DNA of 64,000 bases, taken from the NCBI GenBank assembly GCA_964035575.1, contig OZ037846.1, positions 992,001 through 1,056,000 on the forward strand, given 5' to 3'. The notes under the pieces are model-generated. The model was not told the DNA's origin. It saw only the letters and a list, made by a program, of their open reading frames with translations, and did not search any database. The position numbers and the translations under genes are program-made. Positions 56,131 through 64,000 of the stretch are shown here, piece after piece. The DNA is from Rhynchopus sp. YZ270_cl-10. Its lineage: Eukaryota. Numbering within the stretch: position 1 is the first letter of the stretch; the number at the start of each line of letters is the position of its first letter.

Positions 56131-57852
56131 ATGGGCTGTCTGGATGATGTGCTGTCCTTGGACGGGACACTGGATAAGAGAGGCAGGCAGAAGCGGACGT
56201 TGTTTTTCTTCATGTGTTTGGGGGGCTTTGTTGTGCAGATGGCATCGTCCATCGAGGTGTGGATGGACCTGCGTGGACGGTACTTCTATTGCTTTTTCAG
56301 TGCCTTTACTGCGTGCACCTATTTGTGTGCTATCATGATGGCGTTGTGCAAGGTTAAGATTACCACACCAAAGTATGTGTTCTTTGCCTATTCCTCTGCA
56401 GTCACGATCCTTTGGGGTGACCTCACCGCCCGTGCTGCAGGGAACACTGTATGGCCCATCCTCGTGCTCATAGTGGACTACCTGCTTGTAATGGAGGTGC
56501 CCTCAAGGTACAGCATGGGTGTCGTCTGCTTCGCAGTGGTGTACTTTGTTGTGATGTCGCTAGAGGAGGGGTTCAGGTTTGGCATCCTCGACATACCTGG
56601 TATCATGCCACAGGAGGAGAGGGCTGCCTACATGGCTGAGGCGTGCCAATGTACGAAGCTTCCCTGCCCAACGAACACTGCAAACTACAAGGTCATTGCT
56701 GTGGCAGTGTTCGTTGCAGACTTCCTCCTGACACGAGGCTTCGCGTACGACCTCCGGAAGGAGCAGGAGTCCATGGAGCGGACGATCAACACCGTGCAGG
56801 AGATTGCGTCGTTGCTGGCTGGCTACGACGTGGAGCAGGTGGCGGAGCTGTTGAAGGTGCATGGGGGTGACCTGCCTGAGGGGATGACAGTTGCACTTCG
56901 GAGACTGGAGGAGAACCTGCGTGTGTACAAGGCGTACCTCCCGCAGACGTGTCTGCCGTTTGACAACGCGGCTGAAAGCGACGCTGAGCAATCGTTCTCG
57001 GAATCCATGAGTGCAGGGGACGAGGCTGCAGTCTCTATGGAAAAGTCAGCATCTTCAGCTCTTTCTGCGGTGCTGTTCCAGACTGTGCATCTCCAACAGT
57101 TAGGCCTCTTGTCTGCGAAGGTAACGCTGCTGACAGTGAACGTGAAGGACACACTGATCCGCTTGGTGGAAGACAGTGCATGTTTCTCGGACCTGTTCAC
57201 AACTCTTCTTCTGAAGACGTTGCAGGGAACAGAGACAAGACGTGGGATGGTGGACGTGTTCATCGGGGACAGGATCCACTGCTCGTTCAACGCGTCGAAG
57301 CAGTGTGCGTCGCACGCAACGTCAGCACTGCACACAGCCACCCTGCTCATCAGAGGTGGTGTCACATCGTACGCGAACATGGGTGTTGCGACTGGGAAGG
57401 TGCTGCGTGGTGACATGGGTTGTGAGGTGATGCGTCGGTTCAGCATGGTGGGGGAGCTTGTGCGTGATGTGAACGGTCTGGAACGTGTGGGGCGTATGCT
57501 GGGGTGTGATGTGGTGTGCAACAGGATGTGCTTCAGCGATGCTGAGTGCGAACACCAGCTGCGTCTGCTTCCGTGCAAGGTGGAGGTTGCCTCTGGCTGT
57601 GAGGCACAGGTTGTGGCGGAACTGATTGTGAGTGAGGAGGAGGAGACAGCGGAAACAGCAGACGAATGGATGTACATGATTGGTGGGAAGAAGGACTGGG
57701 AGGAGTACAACATTACCGTGCGTGGGTACCTGCGTGGTGAGCAGTCTGACCTTGACGTTGCTATGGCATGGTCAGCTGCGGGAGGGCTTGGCACACCAGC
57801 ACACGCAGTTCCTTCCGGGACGTGCAGTGTTGTGTGTTGTTACATTCGGTGA
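56131..57852 (+). CDS. 6-TM pseudo-cyclase (type B, gene 8)
   Basis: Intact paralogous ORF with a divergent TM region. Confidence 0.85.
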   Translation: MGCLDDVLSLDGTLDKRGRQKRTLFFFMCLGGFVVQMASSIEVWMDLRGRYFYCFFSAFTACTYLCAIMMALCKVKITTPKYVFFAYSSAVTILWGDLTARAAGNTVWPILVLIVDYLLVMEVPSRYSMGVVCFAVVYFVVMSLEEGFRFGILDIPGIMPQEERAAYMAEACQCTKLPCPTNTANYKVIAVAVFVADFLLTRGFAYDLRKEQESMERTINTVQEIASLLAGYDVEQVAELLKVHGGDLPEGMTVALRRLEENLRVYKAYLPQTCLPFDNAAESDAEQSFSESMSAGDEAAVSMEKSASSALSAVLFQTVHLQQLGLLSAKVTLLTVNVKDTLIRLVEDSACFSDLFTTLLLKTLQGTETRRGMVDVFIGDRIHCSFNASKQCASHATSALHTATLLIRGGVTSYANMGVATGKVLRGDMGCEVMRRFSMVGELVRDVNGLERVGRMLGCDVVCNRMCFSDAECEHQLRLLPCKVEVASGCEAQVVAELIVSEEEETAETADEWMYMIGGKKDWEEYNITVRGYLRGEQSDLDVAMAWSAAGGLGTPAHAVPSGTCSVVCCYIR

Positions 57853-58211
57853 GGCAGTGGGGGTGTTATTTGTATTGTTAATTGAAGTGACGTTGCAATG
57901 ATGTTGCAACGTTCTAACTGCTGGGGTGTTCATCAGTTTTATTTAATTCCACAAACTACTTTACAGTACAGTGTGAAAAGTAATATTTACGACCAAAATA
58001 AGTCGCCAATTGCAAAAAAAACCCCCAAAATCCACCATGTCTTTGGTCACCAAGTTTCTTGTCCAACTTTATGTTTCGAGCTGTTTCCAAGACGTCTGCA
58101 GGTCTTCCTCTCTCTCGCCACTGCAGCAAGAAGGTGCCACCTGGGATGGTTCCGTCATAGCGTGCAGGTGTTTCCCACACAGCTTGCACCCTACAGATAC
58201 TTACACACACA

Positions 58212-59933
58212 ATGGGCTGTCTGGATGCTGTGCTGTCCTTGGACGGGACACTGGACAAGAGAGGCAGGCAGAAGCGCACGTTGTTTTTCTTCATTCACAG
58301 TGCAGGCATTGTTCTGCTGGTCGGTGGTGCGGCTGAGGCATGGATGGTGCCACGTGGGAGGCACTTTTATGTTGTCTCCAGCGCGCTTGCCACTTTGGCA
58401 TCTCTAGCATCAGTATTCATAGTCATCTGCAAGGTGAAGCTGACCACACCCATTGTCGTTCTATTTGCTTACATCCACGGCTTCGCTACGATGTTCACTG
58501 ACCTCACCGCCCGTGCTGCAGGTAACACGACGTGGCCTGTGCTCGTGCTTGTAGTGGACTTCCTCCTTGTGATGGAGATACCGACACGCTACAGCATGTG
58601 GCTGGTGTGTGCCGCAGTGGTGTACTTCGTTGTCATGGCGATTGAGGAAGCCTTCAGGTTTGGCCTGCTTGACATACCTGGTATCATGCCGCAGGAGGAG
58701 AGGGCTGCCTACATGGCTGAGGCGTACCAGTGTACGAAGCTTCCCTGTCCTAATAACTCAGTGAACTATCAGAGCATTGCTGTGATGGTGTTTGTGGTGG
58801 ACTTCCTTGCAACGCGAGGCTTTGCACGTGGTCTCCTGAAGGAGCAGGAGTCAATGGAGCGGACGATCAACACCGTGCAGGAGATTGCGTCGTTGCTGGC
58901 TGGCTACGACGTGGAGCAGGTGGCGGAGCTGTTGAAGGTGCATGGGGGTGACCTGCCTGAGGGGATGACAGAGGCACTTCGGAGACTGGAGGAGAACCTG
59001 CGTGTGTACAAGGCGTACCTCCCGCAGACGTGTCTGCCGTTTGCGACTGAAAGAGAGAACGATTCTGTGCCCGAGAGTTCAAGTGCAGAGGAGTCGTTGT
59101 CTAGGTCGGGGTCTTTATCTCTTCATGCATCAATGTTTATACAGTCTGTGCATCTCCAACAGTTGGGCCTTTCGTCTGCGAAGGTAACGTTGCTGACAGT
59201 GAACGTGAAGGACACACTGAGTCGCTTGGTGGAAGACAGTGCATGTTTCTCGGACCTGTTCACAACTCTTCTTCTGAAGACGTTGCAGGGAACAGAGACA
59301 AGACGTGGGATGGTGGACGTGTTCATCGGTGACAGGATCCACTGCTCGTTCAACGCGTCGAAGCAGTGTGCGTCGCACGCAACCTCAGCACTGCACACAG
59401 CCACCCTGCTCATCAGAGGTGGTGTCACGTCGTACGCGAACATGGGTGTTGCAACGGGAACATTGCTGCGTGGTGACATGGGTTGTGAGGTGATGCGTCG
59501 GTTCAGCATGGTGGGGGAGCTTGTGCGTGATGTGAACGGGCTGGAACGTGTGGGGCGTATGCTGGGGTGTGATGTGGTGTGCAACAGGATGTGCTTCAGC
59601 GATGCTGAGTGCGAACACCAGCTGCGTCTGCTTCCGTGCAAGGTGGAGGTTGTCTCTGGGTGTGAGGCACAGGTTGTGGCGGAACTGGTTGCAAATGAGG
59701 AGGAGGAGACAGCGGAAGAAGCAGACGAATGGATGTACATGATAGGTGGGAAGAAGCATTGGGAAGAGTACAACATTGCCGTGCGTGGGTACCTGCGTGG
59801 TGAGCAGTCTGACCTTGACGTTGCTATGGCATGGTCAGCTGCGGGAGGGGTTGGCACACCAGCACACGCAGTTCCTTCTGGGACGTGCCGTGTTGTGTGT
59901 TGCTATATTGCAAAGCCATCTGCAGCACTGTAA
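58212..59933 (+). CDS. 6-TM pseudo-cyclase (type B, gene 9)
   Basis: Intact paralogous ORF; AKPS C-terminal tail as in gene 1. Confidence 0.85.
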   Translation: MGCLDAVLSLDGTLDKRGRQKRTLFFFIHSAGIVLLVGGAAEAWMVPRGRHFYVVSSALATLASLASVFIVICKVKLTTPIVVLFAYIHGFATMFTDLTARAAGNTTWPVLVLVVDFLLVMEIPTRYSMWLVCAAVVYFVVMAIEEAFRFGLLDIPGIMPQEERAAYMAEAYQCTKLPCPNNSVNYQSIAVMVFVVDFLATRGFARGLLKEQESMERTINTVQEIASLLAGYDVEQVAELLKVHGGDLPEGMTEALRRLEENLRVYKAYLPQTCLPFATERENDSVPESSSAEESLSRSGSLSLHASMFIQSVHLQQLGLSSAKVTLLTVNVKDTLSRLVEDSACFSDLFTTLLLKTLQGTETRRGMVDVFIGDRIHCSFNASKQCASHATSALHTATLLIRGGVTSYANMGVATGTLLRGDMGCEVMRRFSMVGELVRDVNGLERVGRMLGCDVVCNRMCFSDAECEHQLRLLPCKVEVVSGCEAQVVAELVANEEEETAEEADEWMYMIGGKKHWEEYNIAVRGYLRGEQSDLDVAMAWSAAGGVGTPAHAVPSGTCRVVCCYIAKPSAAL

Positions 59934-60413
59934 CTAGTAAAACTGGGCATGCGGTGCTGAGCCGGTGATATGGCCATGATCACGTCTTGTTTGTGTTTGT
60001 CAACACACTACAAGGGTTCTATGTAATGCATGCGTATCTTGCCTTTCGGTCTGCAGTCATGTTACGCCTTTCTCACATATGTGCAATACTTTTTCTTACA
60101 TGATTACATGCAATGCTAAAAGGAAATTGAACACCGTACCCCTGCCTTCCTTTTTCTGTTTTCCATTCTGGGGTGGGTTGGAGTAGAGCCACTTTTGCCT
60201 GTATTACATTCGAGACTCAGCGTCCCAAGCACGTCCCTGTAAATGCTTTGTACCGTGCATCCACAGAAATTTACATGGTTGCCGTTTGCGCCCACAACTT
60301 TCCCTTCCTTCTCCCTGTTTCCCCCCTTTTCCAATCCAGCACAACCTGTTCACCAGGCTAAATGAAAGTATCCCACGCATGATTGTAGAAGAATTCACAA
60401 TCGTACACACACA

Positions 60414-62504
60414 ATGGGCTGTCTGGATGCTGCGCTGTCGCTGGACGGGACACTGGACAAGAAGAGTACGCAGAAGCGGACGTTGTTCCTCACCGTGAAC
60501 GTGGCAGCGTTTCTTTTACTTTTGGCAGGGCCTGGGCTGTCATTAACGGCTCTGAATGGTCGTTATTGGTACTGTGTGGCGAGCGTGTTGGCGTTCTGCA
60601 TGTCGCTGTGTGGAATAGCAACGGTGCTGTGCAGGTGCAAACTGACCACAAGCATCATTGTGTCTCTTGCCTACGCCTACAGTATGGCTATCCTGGTCAC
60701 TGACTTCACAGCCCGTGCTGCAAGTACCACTGCATGGCCTGTTCTCGTTGTGGTGGTGGACTTCCTGCTTGTGATGGCAGTGCCCGCACCATACAGCATG
60801 TGGTTAGTGTGCGTCACAGTGCTGTACTTCGTTGTCATATCTGTTGAGGAAGCCTTCAGGTTTGGCCTGCTTGACATACCTGGTATCATGCCGCAGGAGG
60901 AGAGGGCTGCCTACATGGCTGAGGCGTACCAGTGTACGAAGCTGCCCTGTCCTAGCAACACGGCAGGTTTCCAAACTATCGCTGTAATGGTGTTCGTAAC
61001 AGACTTCATCGTTACACGAGGCTTTGCACGTGGTCTCCTGAAGGAGCAAGAGTCAATGGAGCGGACGATCAACGTTGTGCAGGAGATTGCGTCGTTGCTG
61101 GCTGGCTACGACGTGGAGCAGGTGGCGGAGCTGTTGAAGGTGCATGAGGGTGACCTGCCTGAGGGGATGACAGAGGCACTGCGTAACTTGGAGGAGAACC
61201 TGCGGAAGTACCGTCCCTACCTCCCTGCTGCGCTGTTTGAGGCTGAGGTGGATGAGGGCGGTGTGCAGCAGCCGACTGTGGCACCGCCTGGGCTTGTCAG
61301 CGAGACAGCTACACTTGTGTTCACAGACATCCGTGCTTCAACACAGATCTGGGAGAACGCACCTGAGGGGATGCGTGCTGGACTGCAGATCCACAACGCT
61401 GTGGTGCGTGATGTGATGCGGATGTGCGGTGGGTACGAGGTGAAGACCATTGGCGACGCATTCATGATTGCCTTTGCATCCACTTGCGACGGTGTGGCGT
61501 TTGGGTTGCGTGTGCAGGAACGTCTGTTTGAAGCAGACTGGCCTGTGTCTCTGCTTGAGGATGCACCAATCTGCTCTCGGCAGGGGTCGCTGTGGGGTGG
61601 TCTGACTGTGCGCATTGGTGTGAACACTGGCCCTGTGACTGTGGAGCAGAACACACTGACGGGACGGACAGACTATCTTGGACACACAGTGAACGTTGCT
61701 GCACGCCTTGAGAGCACATGCACACCTGGTGCTGTGGCTTTGCCCTCTGACCTGTGGACGTCTGTCTCTGGATTATGCAGTGCTGTTGCTGGTGTGCCAG
61801 AGGCAGTTCACTTGAAGGGTGTGGCAGACAGCATGTTGGTGTGCTGTGTGTGGCCTGTCTCGCTTGGGGGACGAAAGGGCACGCCACTGCGTGAATTTGC
61901 TTCAGCAGAAAAGTCTCTGACCGATTCGGCGAGCCTGTTTTCAACTATGTCTTCTGAGGATTCGTACCGGGCATTGGCACACCCTACCAGGCAGGTCTCC
62001 GGCACTGTGGGAGTTGCACAGCTTGCAGTGGGTGACGTGGTGCACAACACAGCTTTTGACCACATGAGCTGCAGGTTGACGACACTGACGATCACACTGG
62101 AGCAGAGTGGAGGGAGTCTGGTGACGCTGCTTGGGAACTGTGTGTGTGTTGGGTGGAACGTGTCGCGATCTGCACCTGCACACATGGAGAACGCGATACG
62201 GTTTGTGCAGCGCATGTCTGTGAAGTCTGCACTGAACGGGGCTGGTCTTGCAAGCGGTCCTGTGCAGCACGGGGATGTTGGTGCACGGAGCCAGCGCTTT
62301 GTGACTGTGATGGGGGATGTTGTGCGTCGGAGTTGGGCGCTGTGCGAGGAGGCTGTGCGTGACGGGGTTGTGTGTCTGTACGAGCCTCCTGAAGGGACAA
62401 CACTGCCGTCTGCACTTGAAGACGTTCTTGTCCGGCACAAGGGTTGTTACCGTGTCCTTGAGGTACAGGAGAACTGGGGCACGATCGATGTGTTGCAGTC
62501 TTAA
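60414..62504 (+). CDS. 6-TM adenylate cyclase with intact catalytic domain plus degenerate second domain (type A, gene 10)
   Basis: VFTDIRAST, YEVKTIGDAFM, RTDYLGHTVNVAARLES; cytosolic part nearly identical to gene 2. Confidence 0.92.
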   Translation: MGCLDAALSLDGTLDKKSTQKRTLFLTVNVAAFLLLLAGPGLSLTALNGRYWYCVASVLAFCMSLCGIATVLCRCKLTTSIIVSLAYAYSMAILVTDFTARAASTTAWPVLVVVVDFLLVMAVPAPYSMWLVCVTVLYFVVISVEEAFRFGLLDIPGIMPQEERAAYMAEAYQCTKLPCPSNTAGFQTIAVMVFVTDFIVTRGFARGLLKEQESMERTINVVQEIASLLAGYDVEQVAELLKVHEGDLPEGMTEALRNLEENLRKYRPYLPAALFEAEVDEGGVQQPTVAPPGLVSETATLVFTDIRASTQIWENAPEGMRAGLQIHNAVVRDVMRMCGGYEVKTIGDAFMIAFASTCDGVAFGLRVQERLFEADWPVSLLEDAPICSRQGSLWGGLTVRIGVNTGPVTVEQNTLTGRTDYLGHTVNVAARLESTCTPGAVALPSDLWTSVSGLCSAVAGVPEAVHLKGVADSMLVCCVWPVSLGGRKGTPLREFASAEKSLTDSASLFSTMSSEDSYRALAHPTRQVSGTVGVAQLAVGDVVHNTAFDHMSCRLTTLTITLEQSGGSLVTLLGNCVCVGWNVSRSAPAHMENAIRFVQRMSVKSALNGAGLASGPVQHGDVGARSQRFVTVMGDVVRRSWALCEEAVRDGVVCLYEPPEGTTLPSALEDVLVRHKGCYRVLEVQENWGTIDVLQS

Positions 62505-63294
62505 TTTGTTGCAAAAATATATCTGTGGCAGCGAATTGTGGGGAAAATGCGTGCGATATTTTTGATGGTGTCTTGTTTGAATTCCCGACCTTGAGGTTTT
62601 GTGATTGGTGCGCTGTTTTTTTGAGAAGTGCGGTTATTAATGCGCTGCTGACTTTCACTCACCACGTCCCCCTATTCCGACACCCCAAATGAGTCACTCC
62701 CCCCCGGGTGGACTCCACCGTGTACCTGTGTGTGACCATACCCCAGATGGTCTGAAGAGTGATACGAGCATATTCTCCAGGTACAATATATACCCGGAGA
62801 ATCCATTGGAGCAAGAATTTTGCACTTTGGAGCACCACAGATTACATGTTGCATGAGCACTGTGAATTGTTATGTCGAATAGCCTCAAGGTTCCGCACGT
62901 CGGTTGGTCATGGATTCAAGTCACAAAGCAACAGAAAAAGTGGATTCATCCTCGGGTGTCTACACACAACCAGGTTTTCAAAAAAAAACAAAAAAGTAAA
63001 CACATTTCTTAAAAAAGGAGTTTCAGGAAATCGTTCCCTTTTACCAGGGTCTCTTTTTCTTTCCAATCACCTTCGCAACATTAGTGCCACTTCTGTCGCT
63101 CTTATAAGATCTTGTTACTTTCATTTCCTGCAAACAAGCAAAATGGGATGGCGACATCATCCCCTCACAACCGTCTTTTCTGGCATCGCAACCTAACCGT
63201 TCGGCCAGCCTCATCATAGGAGTGTCGTGTGTGATCTCCGCGCAGCCGGCAACTTGCTTCACGAAGCTTAAAATGTTTGCACGTGTCTGTGCCG

Positions 63295-64000
63295 CAGGGT
63301 GTCCCCGTTACTGACGTCAGTTCTTAGGTGTTTTTTTTTTTTATGTCAACCCAGTGTTTCCCAGCATCTCACCTAACTCTGAAAATAGGTGAGATTTTGC
63401 GGTTTTGCGGGTTTTTGTATAGGTGTGGCGAGCCCGGGCGCGCTTCGCGCGCCCGGGTCCCCACCTTAGCTCAAGTTGGGGGCCTCCGGCGGAATGTGAG
63501 AATTTCTCGGAGTTCGGCACTTCATTGATATTTGCACCAGGCACACGTGGTACACGAATTATCAGTAACCTCAGTACATTTACAAAATAAACGGCAGTCA
63601 TGGCAGGCATGGCACCCAAGCGAAGCCACGGTACGCAACATTTCTAATAATTGTTGACATAAATGTCACTGTCGTTGGAAGATTGGGGGGTCAGCTTGTT
63701 TTTGTGCCCAAAATTTCTCAGCACTGCCGACCAGGGACATTGGGAACATAGGGATTTTTGCGGAGCAAAAAAAAATCAAACAAATGGCGCCGCAGGCGAA
63801 AAAAAATTAGGGTACAGTGTAAAAATCTATCTTTTTTACAGCACATAGTCACACACCTAACCCTTTTTTGCGGAGCAAAAAAGGGAAAATGGCGCCGCAG
63901 GCAAAAAAAAATTGAGGTACAGCCTGGATGGTGCGGTCAGCAACCCAGTTCCCCATGGTACTCCCGTGGTTCAACCATGATTTTTTTTTTTTTTTTTTCC
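63295..64000. mobile_element. hAT-like non-autonomous element running off the window end
   Basis: Begins CAGGGT; made of inverted blocks homologous to ~36430-36640 and ~10900-11070, then to ~276-585; other end not visible. Confidence 0.6.

Noticed and set aside
32223..59857. Recurrent long antisense ORFs (MPTPPAADHA.., MKQHTTRH..)
   Set aside because: Shadows of the cyclase genes; they recur because the sense sequence is duplicated.
1..64000. rRNA, tRNA, spliced-leader RNA genes, telomeric arrays
   Set aside because: None recognised by eye; a tRNAscan or Rfam scan would be needed to exclude them.

Overview
Eukaryotic, AT- and homopolymer-rich DNA. All recognisable host genes are intronless and on the + strand. 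The best fit is a free-living euglenozoan such as a diplonemid (inference from trypanosomatid-type cyclase domains, an ingi-like RNase H fragment, and DNA transposons, which trypanosomatids lack). 1-16 kb is gene-poor and full of MITEs (hAT, Harbinger-like, Mutator-like, CAC-ended) plus several families of short, strand-biased stem-loop modules, one with covarying stems. 17-22 kb holds a class IV sirtuin-YEATS fusion gene, a ~1.1-kb palindrome and a secreted Cys-rich protein gene. 23.7-31.4 kb is a TIR element with several nested insertions. 31.5-62.5 kb is a tandem array of 10 six-TM class III nucleotide cyclase genes. Two have all catalytic residues plus a second degenerate domain. Eight (one broken) carry only a degenerate pseudo-cyclase domain. 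TM regions vary while cytosolic domains are nearly identical. An apparently intact hAT transposon, nested in a Tc1/mariner-type MITE, sits inside the array. All calls come from reading motifs by eye; no searches were run.
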